Of a stretch of 64,000 nt of DNA, positions 26,401-39,108 are shown in pieces; the stretch's first letter is position 1, and each line of letters starts with the position of its first letter. Source of the stretch: Eledone cirrhosa. Its lineage: Eukaryota. The notes below the pieces were generated by a model. The model was not told the DNA's origin, did not search any database, and worked only from the letters and a program-made list of their open reading frames with translations. The position numbers and the translations under genes were made by a program. The stretch is taken from the NCBI GenBank assembly GCA_964016885.1, contig OZ024760.1, forward strand, positions 4,650,001 through 4,714,000, written 5' to 3'.

Positions 26401-29400
26401 CAGCAGATAGTATCAGCAACAGAAAGACCAATTGTAACATTGCTTCCTTGGTCTGATCTGATGATCTGCTTTCTTCTGCTAGAAATTGTGTCCAGCAGAT
26501 AGTATCAGCAATTGAAAGACCAATTGTAACATTGCTTCCTTGGTCTGATCTGATGATCTGCTTTCTTCTGCTAGAAATTGTGTCCAGCAGATAGTATCAG
26601 CAATGGAAAGACCAATTGTAACATTGCTTCCTTGGTCTGATGTGATGATCTGCTTTCTTCTGCTAGAAATTGTGTCCAGCAGATAGTATCAGCAATGGAA
26701 AGACCAATTGTAACATTGTTTCCTTGGTCTGATCTGATGATCTGCTTTCTTCTGCTAGAAATTGTGTCCAGCAGATAGTATCAGGAACAGAAAGACCAAT
26801 TGTAACATTGCTTCCTTGGTCTGATGTGATGATCTGCTTTCTTCTGCTAGAAATTGTGTCCAGCAGATAGTATCAGCAACAGAAAGACCAATCGTAACAT
26901 TGCTTCCTTGGTCTGATCTGATGATCTGCTTTCTTCTGCTAGAAATTGTGTCCAGCAGATAGTATCAGGAACAGAAAGACCAATTGTAACATTGCTTCCT
27001 TGGTCTGATCTGATGATCTGCTTTCTTCTGCTAGAAATTGTGTCCAGCAGATAGTATCAGCAACAGAAAGACCAATCGTAACATTGCTTCCTTGGTCTGA
27101 TGTGATGATCTGCTTTCTTCTGCTAGAAATTGTGTCCAGCAGATAGTATCAGCAACAGAAAGACCAATTGTAACATTGCTTCCTTGGTCTGATCTGATGA
27201 TCTGCTTTCTTCTGCTAGAAATTGTGTCCAGCAGATAGTATCAGGAACAGAAAGACCAATTGTAACATTGCTTCCTTGGTCTGATGTGATGATCTGCTTT
27301 CTTCTGCTAGAAATTGTGTCCAGCAGATAGTATCAGCAACAGAAAGACCAATCGTAACATTGCTTCCTTGGTCTGATGTGATGATCTGCTTTCTTCTGCT
27401 AGAAATTGTGTCCAGCAGATAGTATCAGCAATGGAAAGACCAATTGTAACATTGCTTCCTTGGTCTGATCTGATGATCTGCTTTCTTCTGCTAGAAATTG
27501 TGTCCAGCAGATAGTATCAGCAATGGAAAGACCAATTGTAACATTGCTTCCTTTGTCTGATCTGATGATCTGCTTTCTTCTGCTAGAAATTGTGTCCAGC
27601 AGATAGTATCAGCAACAGAAAGACCAATTGTAACATTGCTTCCTCGGTCTGATGTGATGATCTGCTTTCTTCTGCTAGAAATTGTGTCCAGCAGATAGTA
27701 TCAGGAACAGAAAGACCAATTGTAACATTGCTTCCTTGGTCTGATGTGATGATCTGCTTTCTTCTGCTAGAAATTGTGTCCAGCAGATAGTATCAGCAAC
27801 AGAAAGACCAATCGTAACATTGCTTCCTTGGTCTGATGTGATGATCTGCTTTCTTCTGCTAGAAATTGTGTCCAGCAGATAGTATCAGCAATGGAAAGAC
27901 CAATTGTAACATTGCTTCCTTGGTCTGATCTGATGATCTGCTTTCTTCTGCTAGAAATTGTGTCCAGCAGATAGTATCAGTAATGGAAAGACCAATTGTA
28001 ACATTGCTTCCTTGGTCTGATCTGATGATCTGCTTTCTTCTGCTAGAAATTGTGTCCAGCAGATAGTATCAGCAACAGAAAAACCAATTGTAACATTGCT
28101 TCCTTGGTCTGATGTGATGATCTGCTTTCTTCTGCTAGAAATTGTGTCCAGCAGATAGTATCAGCAACAGAAAAACCAATTGTAACATTGCTTCCTTGGT
28201 CTGATCTGATGATCTGCTTTCTTCTGCTAGAAATTGTGTCCAGCAGATAGTATCAGCAATGGAAAGACCAATTGTAACATTGCTTCCTTGGTCTGATCTG
28301 ATGATCTGCTTTCTTCTGCTAGAAATTGTGTCCAGCAGATAGTATCAGGAACAGAAAGACCAATTGTAACATTGCTTCCTTGGTCTGATCTGATGATCTG
28401 CTTTCTTCTGCTAGAAATTGTGTCCAGCAGATAGTATCAGCAATGGAAAGACCAATTGTAACATTGCTTCCTTGGTCTGATGTGATGATCTGCTTTCTTC
28501 TGCTAGAAATTGTGTCCAGCAGATAGTATCAGGAACAGAAAGACCAATTGTAACATTGCTTCCTTGGTCTGATCTGATGATCTGCTTTCTTCTGCTAGAA
28601 ATTGTGTCCAGCAGATAGTATCAGCAATGGAAAGACCAATTGTAACATTGCTTCCTTGGTCTGATCTGATGATCTGCTTTCTTCTGCTAGAAATTGTGTC
28701 CAGCAGATAGTATCAGCAATGGAAAGACCAATTGTAACATTGCTTCCTTGGTCTGATCTGATGATCTGCTTTCTTCTGCTAGAAATTGTGTCCAGCAGAT
28801 AGTATCAGCAATGGAAAGACCAATTGTAACATTGCTTCCTTGGTCTGATCTGATGATCTGCTTTCTTCTGCTAGAAATTGTGTCCAGCAGATAGTATCAG
28901 CAACAGAAAAACCAATTGTAACATTGCTTCCTTGGTCTGATGTGATGATCTGCTTTCTTCTGCTAGAAATTGTGTCCAGCAGATAGTATCAGCAACAGAA
29001 AAACCAATTGTAACATTGCTTCCTTGGTCTGATCTGATGATCTGCTTTCTTCTGCTAGAAATTGTGTCCAGCAGATAGTATCAGCAATGGAAAGACCAAT
29101 TGTAACATTGCTTCCTTGGTCTGATCTGATGATCTGCTTTCTTCTGCTAGAAATTGTGTCCAGCAGATAGTATCAGCAATGGAAAGACCAATTGTAACAT
29201 TGCTTCCTTGGTCTGATCTGATGATCTGCTTTCTTCTGCTAGAAATTGTGTCCAGCAGATAGTATCAGCAACAGAAAAACCAATTGTAACATTGCTTCCT
29301 TGGTCTGATGTGATGATCTGCTTTCTTCTGCTAGAAATTGTGTCCAGCAGATAGTATCAGCAATGGAAAGACCAATTGTAACATTGCTTCCTTGGTCTCA

Positions 29401-32253
29401 TCTGATGATCTGCTTTCTTCTGCTAGAAATTGTGTCCAGCAGATAGTATCAGCAATGGAAAGACCAATTGTAACATTGCTTCCTTGGTCTGATCTGATGA
29501 TCTGCTTTCTTCTGCTAGAAATTGTGTCCAGCAGATAGTATCAGCAATGGAAAGACCAATTGTAACATTGCTTCCTTGGTCTGATCTGATGATCTGCTTT
29601 CTTCTGCTAGAAATTGTGTCCAGCAGATAGTATCAGCAATGGAAAGACCAATTGTAACATTGCTTCCTTGGTCTGATCTGATGATCTGCTTTCTTCTGCT
29701 AGAAATTGTGTCCAGCAGATAGTATCAGCAATGGAAAGACCAATTGTAACATTGCTTCCTTGGTCTGATCTGATGATCTGCTTTCTTCTGCTAGAAATTG
29801 TGTCCAGCAGATAGTATCAGCAATGGAAAGACCAATTGTAACATTGCTTCCTTGGTCTGATCTGATGATCTGCTTTCTTCTGCTAGAAATTGTGTCCAGC
29901 AGATAGTATCAGCAATGGAAAGACCAATTGTAACATTGCTTCCTTGGTCTGATCTGATGATCTGCTTTCTTCTGCTAGAAATTGTGTCCAGCAGATAGTA
30001 TCAGCAACAGAAAAACCAATTGTAACATTGCTTCCTTGGTCTGATGTGATGATCTGCTTTCTTCTGCTAGAAATTGTGTCCAGCAGATAGTATCAGCAAC
30101 AGAAAAACCAATTGTAACATTGCTTCCTTGGTCTGATCTGATGATCTGCTTTCTTCTGCTAGAAATTGTGTCCAGCAGATAGTATCAGCAATGGAAAGAC
30201 CAATTGTAACATTGCTTCCTTGGTCTGATCTGATGATCTGCTTTCTTCTGCTAGAAATTGTGTCCAGCAGATAGTATCAGCAATGGAAAGACCAATTGTA
30301 ACATTGCTTCCTTGGTCTGATCTGATGATCTGCTTTCTTCTGCTAGAAATTGTGTCCAGCAGATAGTATCAGCAACAGAAAAACCAATTGTAACATTGCT
30401 TCCTTGGTCTGATGTGATGATCTGCTTTCTTCTGCTAGAAATTGTGTCCAGCAGATAGTATCAGCAACAGAAAAACCAATTGTAACATTGCTTCCTTGGT
30501 CTGATCTGATGATCTGCTTTCTTCTGCTAGAAATTGTGTCCAGCAGATAGTATCAGCAATGGAAAGACCAATTGTAACATTGCTTCCTTGGTCTGATCTG
30601 ATGATCTGCTTTCTTCTGCTAGAAATTGTGTCCAGCAGATAGTATCAGCAACAGAAAGACCAATTGTAACATTGCTTCCTTGGTCTGATCTGATGATCTG
30701 CTTTCTTCTGCTAGAAATTGTGTCCAGCAGATAGTATCAGCAATGGAAAGACCAATTGTAACATTGCTTCCTTGGTCTGATCTGATGATCTGCTTTCTTC
30801 TGCTAGAAATTGTGTCCAGCAGATAGTATCAGCAATGGAAAGACCAATTGTAACATTGCTTCCTTGGTCTGATCTGATGATCTGCTTTCTTCTGCTAGAA
30901 ATTGTGTCCAGCAGATAGTATCAGCAACAGAAAGACCAATTGTAACATTGTTTCCTTGGTCTGATCTGATGATCTGCTTTCTTCTGCTAGAAATTGTGTC
31001 CAGCAGATAGTATCAGCAACAGAAAGACCAATTGTAACATTGTTTCCTTGGTCTGATCTGATGATCTGCTTTCTTCTGCTAGAAATTGTGTCCAGCAGAT
31101 AGTATCAGGAACAGAAAGACCAATTGTAACATTGCTTCCTTGGTCTGATCTGATGATCTGCTTTCTTCTGCTAGAAATTGTGTCCAGCAGATAGTATCAG
31201 GAATTGAAAGACCAATTGTAACATTGCTTCCTTGGTCTGATCTGATGATCTGCTTTCTTCTGCTAGAAATTGTGTCCAGCAGATAGTATCAGCAATGGAA
31301 AGACCAATTGTAACATTGCTTCCTTGGTCTGATCTGATGATCTGCTTTCTTCTGCTAGAAATTGTGTCCAGCAGATAGTATCAGCAATGGAAAGACCAAT
31401 TGTAACATTGCTTCCTTGGTCTGATCTGATGATCTGCTTTCTTCTGCTAGAAATTGTGTCCAGCAGATAGTATCAGGAACAGAAAGACCAATTGTAACAT
31501 TGCTTCCTTGGTCTGATCTGATGATCTGCTTTCTTCTGCTAGAAATTGTGTCCAGCAGATAGTATCAGGAATTGAAAGACCAATTGTAACATTGCTTCCT
31601 TGGTCTGATCTGATGATCTGCTTTCTTCTGCTAGAAATTGTGTCCAGCAGATAGTATCAGCAATGGAAAGACCAATTGTAACATTGCTTCCTTGGTCTGA
31701 TCTGATGATCTGCTTTCTTCTGCTAGAAATTGTGTCCAGCAGATAGTATCAGCAATGGAAAGACCAATTGTAACATTGCTTCCTTGGTCTGATCTGATGA
31801 TCTGCTTTCTTCTGCTAGAAATTGTGTCCAGCAGATAGTATCAGCAACAGAAAGACCAATTGTAACATTGCTTCCTTGGTCTGATCTGATGAAAATGTGG
31901 AGTACGGATGTTTACTGGGTGAAAAGCAAGATAGAGATGTGATTTAGTCTTGCACAATACATGATGATGATGCTGGTAGTAATGACAGTGATGGTGCTGG
32001 GAGTAATGATAGTGATGGTGGTGATAGTGAGGAAAGTGATGGTGGTGGCGAAGATGATTTTCATTGCTATCATCATCATTACCATCATCCTCATCACCAC
32101 CACCACCATCATCATCACTACAACCACCACCACCATCATAATCATCATCACCACCACCATCATCCTCACCACCACCACCACCACCATAATCACCACCACC
32201 ACCATCATCACTACCTCCGCCACCACCACCGTTATCCTCATCACTACCACCTC

Positions 32254-32285
<32 letters not shown>

Positions 32286-35200
32286 CCACCTTTGTTTTGT
32301 TATTATCGAATTGCTTATTCATTCACTTCATTTCACCTTATCTTGCACTAGATATTATTATTTTGTTTTATAGATTAAAATTGTGATTTTTTTTTTAAAC
32401 AAATCAGAAGGAGAAGTAGAAAGACTAGAGAGAGTGAAGGGGGGGGGGGGGTAGAGAGATGTAATGTTTGTGATGAGGTCATTTGTGACGTATGTACAAT
32501 GAAGTACTTATAATATCAATTGTGTGTCAATGTGGCATTGCATTACACAGCAATATTGTTCTTGAACTCAGTTGCCAACTGACTCTAATTGATGTTGAGA
32601 AGAATTGAAACTGGAATGAACTCCACCACAGCAAGATTTGCCTCTGTTTAACCCTTTAAACCGGCCGTATCTGGCCAGAATTCTCTCACCTCAAACTGGC
32701 CATAACTAGGTGCTCATACTTATGTTAAGGTATTGTTCTCAAAATAAATAATTGTTTATATTTTTGGCACAAGGCCAGCAATTATCCCAGTGCATTACTG
32801 GTGCTTTATTTTATTGACCCAGTAAGGATGAAAGGCAAAGTTAACCTCGGCTGGATTTGAATTCGGACTATAAAGGGGACTGAGTTCAAATCCAACCGAG
32901 ATTAACTTTGTTTTCTCAAAATAAATAATATCAAAATGTCATAGATTCAATAATGTAATAAATAATAATAATGAAATTATTGTGTACAGTGCTCAAGTGA
33001 ACTACAACTCATCAAAGGCGCATGTATAGTACATAGAATAATGTACAAATGTCAGGAAAGTGAACAGTGTATGAGTTATGATATACATCTGTGCATGTGT
33101 ATGAAGGAGGGATATTAGTTGTAGTGTTGGCAAATTTCAGGAAGCATGGAGGTTTTAAAGAATGCAGTGTCTCAGCAGCTAACAACCGATACAGGTAGTT
33201 TGTTCCATGCTTCAGCAACTCTGAGCATGAGAAAAAGCCTTTACCATGAAGATACAATAGTATATATAGAGTAATGTAAATGCTAAAGGGATAAATCGAC
33301 CCTTGTCCGTTACTGGTTACTTTATTTTATCTACCCTGAAAGGATGAGAGACAAAACTAACCTCCGTGTAAAGGAACGTAACTATATGCCACAAAGCATA
33401 TTGTCTGATGCTCTACCGACTCGGGCAATCCACCGCCCTAAACTAATAATTGTTTCTACTTTAGGCACAAGGCCAGCAGTTTTGGAGGAGGGGAAAGTTG
33501 ATTAAATTGATCCCATTGCATTACTGGTACCTTATTTTATCGAACCCCGTAAGGATGAAAGGCAAAGTTAACCTTGGTGGGATTTGAACTCAGAACGTAA
33601 AGGGCCGTAACTCTATGCTGCTAAGCATGTTGTCCAACACTCTACCGATTCTGCCAATCCACGACGCTTATAATAATGGTTTCTTATATAGGTACAAGGC
33701 CAGCAATTTGGGGGGAGGGAAAAGGCGATTAAATTAACTCCAGTGCGTGACTGGTACTTTGTTTTATCGACCCCGTAAGGATGAAAGGCAAAGTTAACCT
33801 CGATTTGAACTCAGAACGCAAAGGGCCGAAACTCTATGATGCAAAGCATGGTGTTATAATAATAATTGTTTCTACTTTAGGCACAAGGCCAGCAATTACC
33901 CAGTGCATTACTGGTACTTTATTTTATCGACCCCGTAAGGATGAAAGGCAAAGTCAACCTCGGCGGGATTTGAACTCAGATCTTAAAGGGATGTAACACT
34001 GCTGGAAAGCATGGCGTCCGACACTCTACCGATACTGCCAATCCACCTAATAATGATAATAATTGTTTCATAATTAATGTTGATAAAGATGAAAATTAAA
34101 AGTAAAGCTTGTTTATGTTTTGTTTTCTAATTAATCTTATCTGTGTGTACAGTAATGTTTCTATTGATACAATCTTAGTTATTACAATTAGGTTCACACT
34201 GTGTAATATGAACATTGTTAAGATAAGCTAAAGCTGTGGAATAATTTGTATGGAAAATATGACATCTGATGCATTGACGGTGGAAGTACCCAATTAACCA
34301 TCATCATCATCATCATTTTATGTCCGCTTTTCTCTGCTTGCAAGCGTGGGACGGGCCCTCTTCAGCACAGAATCTCTTGACTCATCATGGTCCTTTGTCA
34401 TCTCCCCTGTGAGCTTCAGCAATCTGATGTCAGCTCTCACCACCTCCGTCCATGTTTTTCGTGGTCTTCCTTCCACTGGGATTACTTGGCACTTCTTCAC
34501 CCAGCAGTCATTTCCATGTGCATCACATGTTTATATATATTGTATTTCATAACATATGTGAATATGTTATACTCTCAACACTAAGAAAACCACTGTGCCC
34601 AATAGCCGCTATCGATGGTAAGGTCAGTAGTCCCTTATTTGTGGTCCCTATCTGTGATAAGGTCGGTAGTTGCTTATTTGTGGTCCCTGTCTGTGGTAAG
34701 GTCAGGAGTCCTTTATCTGTAGTCCCTGTCTATGGCAAAGTCAGGAGTCCCTTATCTGTGGTAAGGTCAGTAGTCCTTTATCTATAGTCCCTGTTTGTGG
34801 CAAGTTCAATAGACCCAATTTGTGGCAAGGTCAATACACTTCGTCTGTAGTAAGGTCAGCAATTCCTTATTTGTGACCCTACCTGTAGCAAGGCCAGCAG
34901 TTGCTTATCTGAGGTCCCTATCTGTGGTAAGGCCAGTAGTCCCTTATTTATGGTTCCTTTCTGTGACAAGGTCAGCAGTTCCTTATCTGTGATCCCTATC
35001 TTTGGTAAGGTTGATAGTCCCTTCTCTGTGGTGCCTGACTGTGATAAGATTGAGAGTCGCTTATCTGTGGTTCCTGTCTGTGGCAAGGCCAGCAGTCCCT
35101 TATGTGTGACTGTTATCTGTGGTCCCTAATTGTAGCAAGGTCGGTAGTCCCTATTTATGGCAAGGTCAGTTGTCCTTACCTGTATTCAGGTCAGTAGACC

Positions 35201-37089
35201 CTATCTATGACCACGTGGTCCAGTGAACAGCTTCATTAAATCTAATCTTACATCTGGAAAGTGAATTGGTTGAGTTGTTAAAGTGTCACATTAAAATACT
35301 TTACAGTATTTTTTTCCAGTTCTCTATGTTCTCAGTTCAAATCCTGCCACAGTCAACATTACCTTTTATCCTTTCCGGGTCGATAAAGTTGAGGGCAGTG
35401 AATTAGTGTAATTGTCAGAGTATTGACTGTGATGCTTTGTGGTGTTTATTTCAGCAGTTTGCGTTCTAAGTTCATAGGGAACATTTCATGCAAAGGTCTG
35501 CCGAAAAGTTCATAGGCTGACCAAGTTACTTTCACAGAATGACCAAATGAGGTTTATTTTTCAAAATAGTCCCTGGAAAGAAACAATCATCATCATCATC
35601 ATCATCATCATCATTTTACGTCCGCTTTTCCCTGCTTGCAAGGGTGGGACGGGAACTGATTCTGGCTTGATTTCTACAGCTGGATGCCCTTCCTAACACC
35701 AACCTCATTTACAGTGAGTGCTGGGTGCTTTTTTGCTGTGGCACCTCCATGACCACTTTGCAGTGGAATGATAGGGACCCCAGTCCCTATCATCTCATTT
35801 CTACAGCTGAGTAAACTGGAGCAATGTGAAATAAAGTGTCTTGCTCAAGGAAACAACACATCACCCGGTCTGAGAATTGAACTCACAACGTTTCGATTGC
35901 AAGGTCAATGCTCTAACCACTAAGCCATGTAGTTATTAATAAGAAGAGTTGGAATGAATGTATGCAATATTTCACAGCTCTAGCATCACTCCTTCATAGT
36001 GAGCCTATTACCAAGATACTCTCATGGAATGACCAAATGAGGTTTATTTTTCAAAATAGTCCCTGGAAAGAAACAATGTAGTTATTAATAAGAAGAGTTG
36101 AAATGAATGCATGTAAGATTTCACAGCTCTAGCATCACTCCTTCATAGTCAACCTAGGAACTTTTCAACCAACCCTCATATTTCCAGGTTACCATAAAAT
36201 GACTTCTAAATAACTTCTGCATTGTGAAGGTGGATGGTTTAGAGGTTAGGGTGTTGGACTCAGCATCATAAGGTTATGGACTTGCTTCCTTGACTGGCAG
36301 TGCATTTTGTCCTTGAGCAAGACCTTTCATTTTACTCAACTAGAAAAAATGAGTACCAACAGTAGCTGGATGGGTGGGGTTATTAACCTCTGCAACAGAT
36401 TAGTATTTGGTTATGGGTGGGTGGAAGGGAGTCTTTTCATGCTAAGCCTTGCAGCCCCTATCATTAAAACACCTGAGAAAGACCCTATAAGATGCAACCT
36501 TGTAGGAGGTCAGCTTAACCTACATAAGTGTGAGCTATCTCCTCCCTCTTTCACATATGTGTTTAAAGTATTAAGGTTGCCCCATAAGTGTACAGTAGAG
36601 TGTCACAAAACTGGGGGTAGATCGTAGCCTCTCCTACATACACACACACACACACACACAAAAACACACCTGTACTAATTAATCTTCATGTGTCACCTGT
36701 TTAATTTTAGATTATGATGCTCACCTTGCTGAAAGACAGAGTCTCCTCACACGACTACTTGATGCTGTTAAACAGGTAATGTCCCTTCTTCATATCCTCA
36801 ATACAACATTTGTGTGTGTGTATATATATAGAGCACTGATACTAATTCCTAATTTTTGCTGGCTCGGCAACTGCTCTGTTTTAATCAGCTCTTAAACATC
36901 ACTGGAATTCTATAAAAATCCAGCTTCTATAAGTCTCCGTGAGCGAGAAACAGATGTTGGTTGCTTTCCTTTGTTTTTGCCGTGACTAAGTAAGAGCCAA
37001 AGTCACTACTTTAAAACTCATAGCGAATGGTCTTCAAAATGTTTTTAAATAAACATACAGTATATTATCAAATATACTATACATACATT

Positions 37090-37130
<41 letters not shown>

Positions 37131-39055
37131 AGGGTTTTCCTGATGATTTCCTTCGAATGAAACAGTTCTAGTCCTGTATAAGCCATTTCTATATTAAATA
37201 TTGTATATACTCTACTATGTATTGAGTACCTTACTTACTATGGTTGACCCCGATTGAACCCGGGATACACATAATATATATGAAAATTTATGATAAAAAA
37301 TGTTCTGTTTCTGCATCTATAGTGTCAAGTCCGATTTGGTGGAAGGCGGGAACTGGCTTCAGATGGGGACAGTCGGTAAGTTCTGATTCAACTTGATTTG
37401 AGTTTATTTTTGGTGTGTGTGTGGGCAGGGGCTAAAATATTAGACTTTGTGTGTATACTGAATGGTGTTGGTGTGTGCATGTGTGTACTGAATGGTGTTG
37501 GTGTGTGTGTGATATAGATAGATAGACAGGTATATGTATGAATGTGTATGTGTTATATAGGTAGATAGATGTGTGTGTGAGTGTGATATAGATACATTGC
37601 CTGATATGTGTGTATTTGTGTGTGTGAGAGGAAACAGTTTATAGCTCAAAATCAAAATCTCTGACTCAATTGGAGGAATGTATTTGTAATGTACTGACTG
37701 ACAAATATACCGCCTGAGTTTCTGATGATGTCAGTCAAGGGTATACCCAGACGATTACAAACACTGGTGGACAACACTGGTACCTATGTAGAATGTTAAC
37801 ACTGTACTGTACTTCTACCATTATACTGTTCAAAATAAAACATATTTTATGAAAATCGACCAATAATTAATAAAGTTATTAATAATTTTAAGTAGGGAGT
37901 TTTTTGTACCCACCCTGTATAATTTATTTATTGACTCCCTATATGGTTCTGGACAAAGAGACTGAGAAAACTTGGTATAATGGAACTCTTTGATTTTGTC
38001 AAGGACTTGAGGACATCTGTAGTGTTGGTGCTATGATAAAATGCACCCAGTGCACTCTGTAAAATGGTTGGCAATCAGAGACAATGTAGGGTAGAGAGGA
38101 ATCTTAAGTCTTGCCGAGGACTTGACGATATCTCTAGTGTTTGTGCCATGATAAAATGCACCCAGTACACTCTGTAAACTGTTTGGTGATCAGAGACAAT
38201 ACAGAGTAGCGAGGACTCTTTAGTCTTGATGAGGATTTGACAATCTCTCTACTGTTGGTGCCATGATAAAATGCAAATGCACCCAGTACACTCTGTAAAC
38301 TGTTTGGTGATCAGAGACAATATAGAGTAGCGAGGACTCTTTAGTCTTGCCGAGGGTTTGACAACCTCTCTAGTGTTGGTGCCATGATAAAATGCACCCA
38401 GTACACTCTGTAAACTAGGAAGAGCATTCAGTTATATTAAAACCATGAAAGGTATGGAAAGTAAAAGAGCAAGATATGTTTTCCTAACAGGTTTACTATC
38501 AGACCATGTTAACCTGTCCAATATTTGCCAACATGGAAAACAGATATAAAATGATGTTGATGATGTTATTTTTATTTATGTATTCCCATCTACAGGGTAT
38601 CCTGCTTGTGTGCAGCCTGGGAAGCAGTGCTGCAGTATGGCCTGCGCTACAGTAATAAGGCTTTGTCAGCCCTCAAGTAAGTCTTTGTTTATATTTTTTC
38701 AATGTTTTGGGACTGAGGATGGTAGGGAGGGGATTTAGGTCTCTACCAATAAATTTTATGATTATGGCTGTGTGGTTAAGAAGTTTACTTTTCTGTCTCT
38801 CCCTTCCCCCTCTCCACCCACCACTTCCAAAGTGTGTGCCGCTAAATACATATTGCTCAGTGACTCACACACACACATATATATATGTATATAAACAATG
38901 AGTTATATACTATTAAGTCTATGCTAAGGTATGGCAATATCTTAACGCCAAATATTATATTTTATCTGATGAAAGCACACTAAAATTTTGTGTCCTTGAA
39001 ATACGTATAATAAAATAAATATGGTATTATAAAGATATTTTCCATTTATTAATAC

Positions 39056-39108
<53 letters not shown>

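Noticed and set aside
15464-31892. 92-bp array as a CRISPR array or a protein-coding repeat
   Set aside because: No unique spacers, eukaryotic intronic context and no cas genes. The 92-bp unit is not a multiple of 3 and stops recur; the two 66-aa ORFs arise from one stop-removing variant
35880-35931. tRNA gene
   Set aside because: A/B-box tRNA-like sequence is the head of a multi-copy SINE and has no complete cloverleaf; the same applies to other SINE heads
37695-37770. Possible hammerhead (CTGATGA TGTC...GACG)
   Set aside because: No GAAA or stem III after stem II; too degenerate to call
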